Assembly (NCBI GenBank): GCA_023213395.1
Contig: CM041465.1
Span: 196,919,741 to 196,983,740 of the forward strand
Direction of reading: 5' to 3'
DNA length: 64,000 nucleotides
Source of the DNA: Cycas panzhihuaensis
Lineage: Eukaryota > Plantae > Cycadophyta
The position numbers were made by a program, and so were the translations under genes. Positions 40,334 to 53,471 of this stretch are shown here, in pieces. The notes under the pieces were generated by a model, which had not been told where the DNA came from, did not search any database, and saw nothing but the letters and a program-made list of their open reading frames with translations. Within the stretch, counting starts at the first letter, position 1. Every line of letters starts with the position of its first letter.

Positions 40334-43300
40334 CTAGCTATCACGGACCCTGCCCTTCTCAACCAGAACCATAAGATCCTCAGGAAAGTCGTTTCTCCAA
40401 ACCGTAGCTTTCTTTTGCCTAACCCCCCAGTTTGCGAAAAAGTCGACCACTTTGTTTCCCTCTCTTAACATGTGCTTTAATTGGACGTTTTCTAAGCCTT
40501 GTAGACTCTCCTTCGCGTCATTGATCATAGGTTGAAATCTCCAATCCGGGGAAGCTGAGCCCTTCAGCGAATTGATGACTGTCAAAGAATCCCCCTCAAT
40601 TATCAATCTCCTGGAACCACCGTCAAGGGCCAAATCGATGGCCTTAAGTATGGCGCTCGTTTCCGCAAAGTGGTTCGTTTGGTGGTCGTAATATTCCGCA
40701 AGGGCCCATATAGGGTTCCCTAGATTATCTCTACATATGCCCTCGCCCCCAGCTTCACCAGGGTTCCCTTTCGAAGCACCATCAAAGTTGATTTTTAGCC
40801 AGGACTCTTCAGGGGGTAACCAGGAGCTAAATCTTACCTTGGTTGCCTTGAATGCTGGCTCTATCCCCTAATTTAGCAGGATCCTATTTTTTGTCAAGGT
40901 AATTTGTTTCTCCTCAATGTTTCTAACATTCTCCCTAATCCCCGTGGCTATTTTGTTGAAGATAGCATACTGGTCCATCTATCTCCCTGGAAGATTCTTC
41001 TATTTCTTTCCTTCCATATATTCCACGATAGTATCGGAAATGCACTCTTCCAAATATTGCTTAAGACTTTGCTTTTGAAAGGGCTTTGCCAAGCGGTCCA
41101 TTGGTCCACTACCTTTTCAGAAAAGGCCCAGCACACCTCTAGTTTGCCCAGTAGCAACCCCCATACCTCTCTCAAATAGGGACACCAAAGGAGGATATGG
41201 TCCATGGTTTCGTCTTCTTTGTAGCATAGAATACACCTGTTGGTCATATGGAATCCTCTCTTTTTAAGGTTGTCCACAGTAAGAATTTTGTTCCTTAGGC
41301 AGATCCACCAAAAAATTGCAATCTTGGGGATAAGTGGTAGTTTCCAGACCCCTTCTAATATTTCATTCCTCTGGTCTCCTCTCTCTAGGCATAGGAATAG
41401 GTAACCCTGTTTGGCAGCGTACTCCCCCGATGGGTTTAAGGGCCACACTATAGTGTCCGGGGAGGTCGTCCTTGGAATGTAGCTTTTGCCCAGAATCCTT
41501 TTGATTTTGGATAGTCCATCGTGAAGTAGCTGCTCCCTTTGAAGTTCCTCGAAGTTTCTCCAATTTTTAGCTCTCCCTGACCCAACCCAATAATCCTTTA
41601 CAAAGGAGCCATATAATCTTTCACAGGGGGCCTAGATAGGTGCTAGATCAGGGTACTACTTTAAGCCTTTGTCACAGCACCAGGCGTCCTTCCAGAACTT
41701 TATGGAGCTGCCATCGCCCAGCCTCCATTTCAGACCTTCTCTTATCGCATTCCATGCTTTAAGGATGCTTCTTCATATGATTGAGCCGACCGGAGAAGCT
41801 AGGTTTTCGAGGAGAGAACCACCTTGGAGATATTTCCGTGTAAGGATCTTCTCCCACAGTCTCTCATCGCCTTTGACTAGACGCCAACCCAGCTTAGCCC
41901 CGAGAGCAACATTAAAGGCTGGAATTTTTCTCAGATTAAGGCCTCCGGCCCATTTCGGAGTGCAGACTTTATTCCAACTCACCAGGTGTATCCTACCTTT
42001 GTCCTCAACCCCGGACCATAGAAATCTCTTTTGGATGGATTCGAGTGTAGACGAAATACCAGTCGGCAATCTAAAGATAGACATCCAGAAAACTGGAATA
42101 CTTTGAAGCGTAGAAGCCACTAGCTGGAGCTTCCTTGCTAGACTTAGAAGAGCGCCTTTCCAACCAGCCAGCTTTCTTTGCATCCTGTCGATGAGGGGGT
42201 TCCACATGTCCTTAGACATCTTGCCTTCGGATAGGGGCATACCAAGATAAGTTGTGGGAAGCTTCTTGATGCCCATCTCCAGGATCCCACTAATCCTTCT
42301 TTGGGTGCCCTCCGGGGTGTTTATGAAGTAAACGTTACTTTTGTTCAAATTGACCTTCTGATTCGTGGCCGTATCAAAGTGTCCCAAGGTCTCCTTGATC
42401 TTAATGGCCTCTTTAATGGCTGCCTTCCCCAAGAAGATATTGTCATCTACAAATTGGTGGTGGACTACATTGTCCACCCGTGATGTCGGCTTTATACCTT
42501 TAATAATCCCTTGTCTTCTAGCTGCCTCCATGGTTTTGCCCAACATTTCAGCCATGGTTATATAGAGAAAGGGAGAAAGAGGATCGCCTTGTCTCAATCC
42601 TCTAAAACCCGGGAAGAATTTGGAAGAAGATCCATTGATAATGATTGAGTATTGTGGGCTGGCTATGCAGAGCTTAATCCAAGTCTGCCATAAATCCCCA
42701 AAGCCAAATGCCTCTAGGCAGTCTAAAAGGCAATCCCAGGAGACCCTATCAAAGGCCTTTGTGAGGTTGATCTTAATAAGCATCGCAGGCTCCTTCCTCT
42801 CCTTGACCGAATGGATTGTTTCATGGACCACTATAAAGCCATCGTAGATTTGTCTTCCCTGGAGGAAACCATCCTGGTTTTGAGAGGTAATGTTCGGCAT
42901 GATCTTCTTTAATCTATTGGCCAGAACCTTTGTTAAGATCTTATATTTAACATTACAGAGGCTAATGGGGCGATACTCCTCCATTATCTTCGCCCCTTCC
43001 TTTTTCAGGATAAGGACAAGGAATGTGGCCTGCCATTCTTGTAGGATCTTATGATTTGAATAGAATTCTTGCAATGCCTCCATAAGATCACTCTTAATGA
43101 TATCCCAAAATTCCTGAAAGAACCCCGGAGGAAATTTGTCGGGGCCCAGAGCTTTGTCTCTCTTCATACCAAAGAGAGCCGATCTGACCTCTTCCTGGGT
43201 AAAAGGAGCTGTCACCAGTTTGGGAATGTTCCTTAGAAAATCCTTCCTTCTATCCCTGTCACCGTCCTACGGCTTGGTATGTAAATCCTTGAAGTAGTCG

Positions 43301-44507
43301 CTAGCCAGGTCCTTCATATCTTCCGTGGAGTTTACTACCGAGCCGTCTTCCCTTTGAAGGTTGGTTATCCTGTTGCTCGCTCTATGCTTGGCAGTGGTCA
43401 TGTGGAAAAATTTAGTGTTTCTATCCCCTTCGGCCAACCATATTGGCCTGGATTTTTGCCTCCAATGAATTTCCTCTTTAATAAGGATCTCCTCCAAACT
43501 TTCAACCAATTCCTTTTCTGTCTTGTCCAGATCTAGGGATCTGCCCTCCCGTTGTATCCTATCCTCAATTTCTTTTAGATCCATAATGGTTTTATCCTTG
43601 AGTACATAAATGTTTTGGAAGACTGACTTATTCCATATTTTTACTTGCCTTTTTACCCAGTTTAATTTCTTCGAGAATCTATACATGGCGTGGCCACATA
43701 TTTGAACACCCCACCAATCCTCAATCTTGTTTCGAAAGTCGGGGTGTTTGAGCCACATCATTTCGAATCTGAAAGGTGATCCAGTGTATTTTCCCATATC
43801 TGAAAATTGAAACAGGAGTGGAGAGTGGTCTGATCTTATTTTCGGCAGAGCTTCTAGGGTAAAATCCTTGAAGCACCTCGGCCAGTCATAATTGACCAGC
43901 ACCCTGTCTAGTTTAATTTGGATTAGATGTTCGCCGAGTCTCTTATTGGACTAGGTGAATGATGTGCCCCTTAACTTCACGTCCTCAAAACCCCCTTGTT
44001 GCAGGAAGCCACCGAACTCATTCATACTACTGGTCCAGCCACCTAGACCCCCTCTTTTGTCTCCTGGGCACAATGCTGTATTGAAGTCCCCCGCTAGAAG
44101 CCAAGGGGCACCGCAGTCCCTGTGGACTTCCAATATTCTGTCCCATAACCTCTTCCTGTCCTCCTAAAGGTTTGGGGCATAGACATTAGTGGCTAACCAT
44201 CTTAGATTGTTACTTCTGTTAGTTAGCCACAAAGAAACAAAGGATTCCTCTACCATATAAATTTCCCCGGACCATACATTCGGGTCCCATAATACCATTA
44301 AACCCCCAGCTCCTTGAGCATAGCCTACTTCTGTGCCCTTCGCTTTCCTCCATATATTTTGTTTCTAATTCTTGGACCATTCTTCAAGTTTAGCTTTGTT
44401 TCAGGCAAAAACATTAAATTTGGAAGATGTCTAGCTCTCATATCTCTGATAATCCTCTATTTTGAGGGGGCATTCAGTCCCCTAACGTTCCACGATATGA
44501 GTTTCAT
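40334..44507 (-). pseudogene. L1 copy B ORF2 (APE-RT-zf-RVT-RNase H)
   Basis: Starts MKLISWNVRGLN at 44507; fragments 43951-44133, 43267-43902, 41773-43215, 40948-41448 and 40334-40633. Confidence 0.9.
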
Positions 44508-45719
44508 CTCTTTCTTCTTTGCTTCCAAACCTCTACGGCCTCACCTTTTGGTGGGTCTCTTCCCTCTGTTCTGGATCTGAGAATGGGCCCTTCAAGAAAG
44601 GCATCGTTTAGAGTTTTCTGGTTGCCTTGGTCCACCTGGGCAGTGGCCTCTCTTTCTCTAAGCAGTTTCAGGGGAGGCCTGCCCACCCGCTTCTCAACGC
44701 CCACGTCTAATGTCTTCTTCTGGGTCTCTTTTGAATGTGCTAAGGAAGAGTGGGGCAACGTCCCAAGCCCAATTGAGGTAAATTCCCCTCGGTCGCCATC
44801 CCCTGTCGGGCACGCCCGAGGTCCTGAGTCCTGAGGTATCTGCTCCCTAGCATCAGAGAGAGTGTCCTCCTCATTAGGCTCAAAGCCAAGATTCAGGGGT
44901 GGACCCTCTAGAGGGGACTCGACTTGATCCTTAGTAGCATTAGGGGCCTCAGTATGGGGGTCCCCTTGAGTCTCTAAGGTTTTCCTTTCCGTCCCTATAT
45001 CTAGGGTTTTTGTCGCCTCTTTGGGTTTCAACTCTGTGGAGTCCTCTTGCTTCACTTCCATTGGGTTCTTTTCACCTGGGCATTTCTGGGGTAAGTGACC
45101 TAGATTTCTGCATAACGAGCATCTGAAATTCTCCATTTCATATATCAATGGTTGTGCCTAACTCCCTTCCTCCATGTCAATCCATAGTTCGTCCAGAAGA
45201 GGTTTGTCAATCCTAACCAGAGCGCAAAACTTGGCATTTATGAGTCTGCTTCTATTCTTAGTTGCCGAGTCTACAGTTAGAAGAGGTCCCAGAGCGTTTG
45301 TGATTCCTTTTAGCACTTCCGGGTTCCAATGATGTAGAGGGAGACCCAGCAATTGAATCCATATGGGTGCTTGCTTAATTCTGGGGACAGAAGGATCGAA
45401 GCCCCTATGCCATTTTTCAAGAATTAAGGTTTTCCTACCAAGCATCCAAGGTGCCCTTAGGAGAATGTTGGTCATATCCTTATAGGAAAGAAATTTAAAT
45501 AAAACGCAGCCCTTTGGCATAGCAATCACTTCCACGTTATCTACCATTTTCCATTTGATCCTTATCTAACTTTTGATGGTTTCCAGCCCAAGTTTGGGTC
45601 CGAAGAATCTACCGACAAGGCAGTTCTCCCAGTATTTCTCTGTTTTCTCCAATAGACCCTAGGGGATTTTTAGTCTGACATTATTATCTTGTATAACAAG
45701 TGTTAAATCGTAGGCTTCT
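44504..45719 (-). pseudogene. L1 copy B ORF1 (DUF4283-like plus CSLCRNLGHLPQKC knuckle), N-terminus truncated
   Basis: ORFs 45158-45547 and 44504-45148; the stop TGA overlaps the ORF2 ATG. Confidence 0.88.
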
Positions 45720-46099
45720 TGAAGATGAAAGATGTTTGTTTAGGCACAAGTGGAGGTATATTCACACTTGTAGTCTTGCATCCTGTTGATTGGATTGTGG
45801 TTCATTTGGGTCTTGAGATTGTGTCTTTCTCTTCCATGTAGCTATCTTTACCTTGTTGGATTGAATTCTCGTTAAAGAAATTGCACAGAGTTGACCTTGT
45901 AAGCGATTGTCTCCACCATGGTACATTTTTTCATTAGTGCCTTTGTTGTCATTTTCTCAATTCTCATTTTTATTGGTGGTAGTAGTTGCCCTATGCATGT
46001 ATTATATTTTTAGACAATCTATAGATTGGTGATATTCAATTGTCTTCATACTAACAATATTCAAAGGCCATCAACAGTTTTCTATACATTATTTGCAAA

Positions 46100-47090
46100 A
46101 TCATTTTGAATAACATAGCCAATGTTGTGTTAGGTTGTTACCAACTGAACTTGCAATTATAGATAATGTTGAAATTTAATCATGGAGAGGAAGAAAATTT
46201 AGATGGATTTCAACATTAGTGAAACTATTAAAGTTTCTCATTGTGAAAATGTGATTTGCATGGTTGTATGTGCTTTGACATTCAAAATATATTATCAATG
46301 GAAGAAATTGGGGCTTATGAACCGTGTGCAAATTCCTATATGCTTTGCATTAAATTGATTGGCTTGTTACATTTTGTAGCTCAGAAGGTATTCTATTTAT
46401 GCCTATTACGATTGCTTGACTGCTATGCATGGTGGTTTTTTATGGGAATCCTAGTATATTACATGCCCTTTCTCTTTATTATGTGGTGGTTGGGTTTCTT
46501 TTAGAGGGATAGTCTTATGCATCATAGGGAGAAGGGATACACTTGTGGGTCTTGGACTTTTGATGTGTTCTCAATATATAGTAGGGTTACGTGGTTTTTT
46601 GGTGTCTCTTTTTTGGTGTTTGGGCATTCCAAATATAACATGGGGAAAATGTAAATTGTTGGACAAGATTTTCAAATTTATGTTGGGGAATTCTAAGATG
46701 CTTTTTTATGAGAACTCTTCAAGTTAGGTGTTTTCTTTAAAAGAAGTTAGAGAACCTATGGATTCATTCATTTGGTCAAAAGGAACAAGTTGGGATTGAA
46801 GAAGGTTTGAGACCTAGTTTATGTACATACAAATCTTTGTCTTCTATTTTGTGCAAAGAAAGAGTACACTGGGAGGCCTTCATATTTTTTGGATGTGAAT
46901 CTCAAAGAACGATAGCTGGCTTCACAAGACTTAGCTATTGCTAATTTATTCTTGGATCTACTAATTGTACCATCAAAAGATCTCCATGACAGTGACGATG
47001 CTTCTCCTCTTGTTTTTGCTTTTCACGATTCTTCATGGGATTATGATGATATGTATGGGGTTGGCATCATTGTAGAGTTGAATCAATGAA
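46100..47090 (+). mobile_element. hAT transposase 3' relic
   Basis: YGFIHLVKRNKLGLKKV*DLVYVHTNLCLL (~46758-46847) matches the hAT dimerisation region; boundaries are approximate. Confidence 0.6.
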
Positions 47091-47879
47091 AAATAATGTT
47101 TTAATTATGATGTATGAACATTGTGTGATGTAAGAATGTTGAGTAACGAGTATTGGATCTTTTCTTTAGAATTGTTGTAGTTTGTTTTAGATATTTCAAC
47201 TATAGATCTATAATTATGAATTTATCTTTATTGGAAATTATAACTTGTTGCATCACCTTTGTTGTATCCCCATATCTAAGATTTTGGGGATTGTTGTAAT
47301 TGTATTCATTCTCGCTCTTGCTCTTACATTTCTAGCTATTTATCTATTGAAGCTCTTCTCACTCTCCCTAGGTTTATCATAGGAAGGAACATAGGGAGAT
47401 CGACTTACTTAAAGGTTTGGCTCTAGGGTATTTACTAGGAGGAATAATAATAGGTATAGGTTTACACCATGTTTATGTTAGGATTACCAGTTTTGTGAAC
47501 TTGAGTTTGAGGAACTTTGATTGGGTTTACTTGAGTTAGGAATTGGGTTTGGCTAAAGTGAACCCTATTAGGTAGGGTTTGATTGTGCTTAACCTTATGA
47601 GGGAATCCCTCCCAACAAAACCCCCACTCCCCCCTGAATAAAGGAAAAAAAAATCTAAAGAAAAAGAAAGCGCCCTATTTTGGACTCTAAAGGCAAATAA
47701 ATTAAATTGAAGTGTTTTTTTTAACCTACTTAAGCTTACCTTTAGGGTTTTTTAATGTTATTTGCAAGATTATTTATTCGTTTTTTGGGGGGGGGAGAAT
47801 TCCAATTTGGGATTTAGGGGTGAATTTGAGAACAAAGGTTTTTAGCGACCATCACACACAAAGAGAAGAGGAGCATAGC

Positions 47880-48960
47880 GTAATATAGGCTTCAGAGAGT
47901 GCATCTTACTTTGCTTAATACCCTATGTGGAAATGTCACTATTGTGCAATAAAAAATAAAGGGAGGAGGTGGCATATGCAATATCGTGTGTAAATTTTGC
48001 AACTTTTATAGGGTTAAAGCCCATTTATGTAGTCTGAAGGAGTAAGGGATTCGAATTTGTAGTGGGATAGTTGATGCCAAACTACAAATTTTCAATAATG
48101 AATAGATTAGAGGTGAAAGCCAACCCTCGAGAGTTGCTGCTTCTACTCTCCTATCATTTGCTTTTGTTTAGAGATAGGTTGCTCCAATGCCTCTTATCAT
48201 CAGTAACAAGATCTTTTGTTCAACTAGCTCCAAGATCATTTAGATGAAAGAGACCTATTGTTGTTAATCCTATTTAGGAGATATTTGATAATGAGGTCAG
48301 GGAGGAGATAGACCATGCTATTGCAAAGTGTTTCTATGCATGTGGGATCCCTTTTAACGTGGCTCATTTAACTTATTTTGAGAAAATGGTTTGGGCCATT
48401 AATATTATGTTATCAAGATACATGCCTCATACGAAAGGCGTTGCACTACATTTTTGGGGGATGAGAGGGATTGTGTGGAGAAGATGGGAGCACCTATATA
48501 GAGCATATGGGGCATTCAGGGTTGCAACACCATCATTATGGATGGTTGGATTAATGCACGTAATCGTCATTCATTGAACATCATCGCATTTTTTAAGAGT
48601 AATGGATTGTACAAGGTGGGAGAAAAATGTAGAGTTTCAGAGTCTAATGTTATCTACACCCATCAATGAGGCTAGGGATGCAAAATGGTGTTAATTATCA
48701 TAGGTGTTACTCCAATTTGCAAAGTTGTAGGTATGTTTGTACATAATAAATACCCTTATATATTTTGAATCTCATGTGTGTGCATTGGACAATGTGTTAA
48801 AGGATATTGGAAAAATAGATTAGGTGGCAAAATTGATTTCAGATGGGAGAGCCATCCAAATGTTCATATGCAACCACCACTGGGTAGAAGCATTTTATTG
48901 CTTGCATGTGTAGGTAGATTTACTCATTGAATGACACTAGGTTTCCATCTTATTGCATTT
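47880..48960 (+). mobile_element. hAT transposase 5' relic (BED-finger start, DUF659-like region)
   Basis: WKCHYC (~47928), DHAIAKCFYACGIPFNVA (~48311-48364), IMDGWINARNRHSLNII (~48535-48585) and LDNVLKDIGKID (~48785). Confidence 0.7.
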
Positions 48961-51836
48961 TTCTTGTAGTGGTCGGTGGAGGGGAAGGAAGCATCGACAC
49001 CTAGCTTTTAGCAAGTAATGGAATGCACAAAATTACCAATTTTAGAGCAGGGGTTGTGCATCGGACATCCTTTTGTTGACACCATATTTTAGACTGATGT
49101 CCAATTTTTGTAATGTTTTGCACTCTAATTTGTTGTTTTTGCATTTTTGGGTTTTTTTGGAAAATCACATCTTTATGTATCTCATTTTTTTTTTAGAAAA
49201 TGGTGTTTTTGTGTTCCCATGTTTTTGTTAACATAGACTATATTATTAAACAACGAAAATAGAGTATGGAGAAGCTAACTTGCTTGGAGATTGTTGCACT
49301 TGGCCCTTGCATCGAATTTGTTAAACACAATACAGAGATGAGGGTAAAAGTACTTGATTGATTATTGAGGAGTGAACTCTTGAATATATACACAATAGGG
49401 CTTGTAACCACCAAGAACCTAAAAGTAACTTATACATAAGATGTTGACACTTGTTAGACACATGTCCTAAATAAGTTACATAGATGAGGGGTCTATTACC
49501 CCTTTATTTTCCTAAGATAAAACATTACATTCTAACACCCTCTCTTAATGTTTTACCCTTCAATTCTATCTTATCCCTAAGAATTAGAAACTTGTCCTTT
49601 CCAAGAGGTTTTGTCAATATATCCGCTATTTGATCTCCTGTTGGACAATATATCAAATTAATCTCCTTGCTTTGAACTTTCTTTTGAATGAAATGATGGT
49701 GGACCTTGATTTGTTTTGTTCAAGCATGAAGAATTGGATTCTTTGTTAATTTGATTGCGCACTTTGATTGTCACAGTTTAGTGATGTTGGCCCCTATTGT
49801 TGTTGATCTAGATCTGTTAGAAGTTGTCTTAGCCAGATTGCTTCAATAGTTGCACTAACTGCTGATATGTATTATGCTTCTGTCGATGATAGGGCTATTG
49901 TTGCTTGCCTTTTGGTAGTCCAAGAGATTGGTGTAGTGCCTAGGAAGAAACAATATCCACTTGTGGATTTACTTGGTACTTTGTCTTCTGCCCAGTCTGA
50001 GTCACAGAATCTTGTTAACTAAAGTGAGATTTCTTCTTTGGATATACCAACTTTAATTCAGTTGTTCCCCTTAAGTATCTCAATATTCTTTTTGTTGCTT
50101 TCCAATGAATTATGGTTGGCTCTTGCATGTATCTTGACACAAGACCTACTGAGAATGAGATATCATGTTTGGTGGCTGTGAGATAGATTAAACTCCCAAT
50201 GAGTCGTCTGTACATAGTGGCATCAACTTGAGGCTCTTCTTTGTCAGAAGTCAAGTTACAATTTGTTTCCATTGGGGTTGCGCATGGATTGTAGTTCTCC
50301 ATTTGACATTTTGTAAGCAAGTCTTTGATGCACTTGCTTTGGCTTAGACTGACTGAGTCTTCTTTTTGGCCAATTTCTATCCTCAGATAATAATTTAGAA
50401 GACCCAAATCAGTCATTTCAAATTTGCTCTCAAGTTGAACTTTTATGTTTGAGATTGATTCTTCATCATCCTCGGTAAGAATCATATCAGCTACATAAAC
50501 TATAATTATGGTGATCAACCCATTTCTGTTATTTACGTATAGGCTTGAGTCTGAGCTGCAACTATGGAATCGATTTTGGCAGAGATAGTTGTCCAACTTT
50601 GCATACCATGCACGTGGGGCCTATTTTAACCCATATAGTGCCTTTTTTAATCCGCATACCAGATGCTCTTGCCCCTTTTCAATATAGCCTTTTGGTTGAC
50701 TCATGTAGACTTCTTCTTCTATTTGTCCATGTAAAAAGGCTCTTTTGACATCTAGCTATTATATGTTTCAAAGTTTGTGCTACTAGTGCTGTCACTATTC
50801 TTACTGTGTTTAATTTGGCTACAAGTGAAAAAATTTCTTCATAATCTACCCCAGTCGTTTGAGTATAGCCCTTTGCAACAAGCCTTGCTTTATATTTTTC
50901 AATGTTTTTGTTAGCCCCTTCTTTTATCTTATAGATCCATTTACAATTGACTATTGGTTTGTTGGGTGGTAATTCTACCAATTTCCAAGTCTGATTTTTG
51001 ATGATGGATTCTATCTCAGCATTCATGGTTGTCCTCCATTTGATTTGTTCCTTTGCTTCTGCAAATGATTGGGGTTCTATGTTACTGTATAATGCTCTGT
51101 GTCTTTGACTTTTTGTCTTGTGGGGAAGAATTTCTTTTTTTCCTTCCTCGACAATTTTGACATACCATTGGGGTAACCTTTTTTCTTTCTTTGGTTCTTC
51201 TTCAGTTCTTGATTCTTCTCCTTCTGATTGGGAGACTTCTTGTGAAGTCTGCGATGAGACTGAGTCTTCTGAGATGTCTTTTGAAGTTAGACCAGTTGCT
51301 TCCTCGATAACAATTTCTTGAGATATGACTCGAGGCGCCTCATTAATTACCTTGATTTTATTTTCTTCTACTTCTTCTTCATTGAATATGACATCTTTGC
51401 TTCTATATATCTTGTTGATTTTTGCATCTATGCACTTGTAAGCTTTTGAATTTTTGTTGTATCCAATCATGATACATTCAAGACTTTTTGAATCAAACTT
51501 TGTTCTTTTCTTGTTGGGAATATGAACAAATGCTTTGCATCTAAAAACTTTTAGATGACTTACATCTGGTTTTCTCCTTGTCCAAGCTTCTTCTGGGGTG
51601 AGAAGATCCAATGGCTTGTTGGACTTTGATTCAATAGGTAATAGGCTGTGTTGACACCTTTTGCCCAGTAAGATCTAGGGACCCTTTTTTCATGAACCAT
51701 GCACCGTGCCATTTCCATGATGGCCTTGTTCTTCCTTTCTTCAACTCCATTGGATTGAGGAGTATATGGGGTTGTGAATTGTCTACGAATTCTATTTACT
51801 TTGCAATAGTTTAGGAATTCTTTTGAAATATACTCC

Positions 51837-52336
51837 CCTCCACCATCAGATTTAATACATTTAATTTTTCCTCCCGACTCTAGTTCTACTTCAACTTTGA
51901 ATTTTTTGAAGCTGTCAAATACTTCAAATTTGTTTTGAAGGAAGTATACCCATATTTTTTTGGTCAGATCATCAATGAATGTAAGAAAATATCTACAACC
52001 ATTAATTGAGTGTGGAGTGAGAGGTCCACGTATGTTATTATGTATTGTCCATACTTCAAGTGCCGCAGTTTGTTATTTTCATTAAGCCTCCACCATCAGA
52101 TCTAATACATTTAATTTTTCCTCTCGACTCTAGTTCTACTTCAGCTTTGAATTTTTTGAAACTATCAAATACTTCAAATTTGTTTTGAAGGAAGTATATC
52201 GATATTTTTTTGGTCAGATCATCAATGAATGTAAGAAAATATCTACAACCATTAATTGAGTGTGGAGTGAGAGGTCCACGAATGTTATTATGTATTGTAC
52301 ATACTTCAAGTGCCGCAGTTTGTTATTTTCGTTAAG
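51837..52336 (+). repeat. 250-bp tandem duplication inside the Copia integrase
   Basis: 51837-52086 is repeated at 52087-52336 with ~10 substitutions. Confidence 0.95.
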
Positions 52337-53173
52337 ATTTGCAACTGTATAGGCTTTTACATCATAGAGTATGGGATGTGAAAGCAACCTATATAGGTCA
52401 TTGCTTTCCCCTCCCTTTGCAATTACATGGCCATTATCCTTCATATCAAGGATGTAATAGGACCCCTTTTCATCAAATACAATCCTTAGCTTTTTCTTGC
52501 TAAGTTGAGAGATAGAAAAAAAATTCATCTTAAGATCAGGGACCAGAAGTGCATTTCCAATCTTTTTGATGTTGCCTTGCAGCTTGACAGCTATTGTTCC
52601 TACTCCCTTTATATTAAGGGGGTGTTTATCTCCTAGCTCCACCAATCGATCTGATGTGTATGGATGAAGTGTCACGAACCAATCTTCTTTGTTAGTCATG
52701 TGCTTGGACGTTCCTGAATCGATGTACCAAATGTCTTTGTCCTGAAGGTACGTAGTAAGTGCAACAATGAAGGTGGTGTCTTCTTCATCATCTGCATTAG
52801 ATTGTTTTTTGCTATAGTTTCCAACTAGACGCTTCCCTCTCTGGATGTCTGCTCTCCTTTGCGGGCATTGATATGGATAATGACTTGGCTGTCCACAGTG
52901 ATAACAAAGATCAAAATCTCTACAATTACTTGCGAAGTGACCAGTCTTACCACAATTGTGGCATATTCTTGAAGCTGATGTGCATCCTCAACCTCTGCCA
53001 TCTTGCCATCTACCTCGTGAAGGGGACCTCACTTCAGAAGTCCGTCCTCTTCCTCTGCTATGCCCTCTTGGTCCCAAGTTTAGTCTAGAGATTAATGTAT
53101 CTTCTAGTTCTCTAGAGTCTTCATACCTCTTATTTCTCTATTCTTGCCTTAGCAACAACCTTGTTAAAGTATC

Positions 53174-53471
53174 CATGGTCATTGTTGTTATCTAGTCATT
53201 GTGTTTATGGTTACATCAAATGACTTGGGCAGTTTACTGGCTACCATTTCTACCAGCTCTTGGTCTGTGACAGCTACACCTACACTAGAGAGGTCATTTT
53301 TCAAGGAAATAACCTTATGGATCATGGTCATTGTTGTTATCTAGTCATTGTGTTTATGGTTACATCAAATGACTTGGGTAGTTTACTGGCTACCATTTCT
53401 ACCAGCTCTTGGTCTGTGACAGCTACACCTGCACTAGAGAGGTCATTTCTCAAGGAAATAACCTTATGGAT
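53174..53471 (+). repeat. 149-bp tandem duplication inside the Copia gag
   Basis: 53174-53322 is repeated at 53323-53471 with 3 transitions. Confidence 0.95.

Larger units (their letters stand above)
40180..45719 (-). mobile_element. L1-clade LINE, copy B (same family as copy A), 5'-truncated early in ORF1
   Basis: 18-bp TSD tgaagatgaaagatgttt at 40162-40179 and 45720-45737; T-run at 40177-40186. The 3' end (ggtaaaa...gggtttg...aggatcccacaacctagtacatcaa) matches copy A, and there is a 480-aa RT ORF at 41773-43215. Confidence 0.95.
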
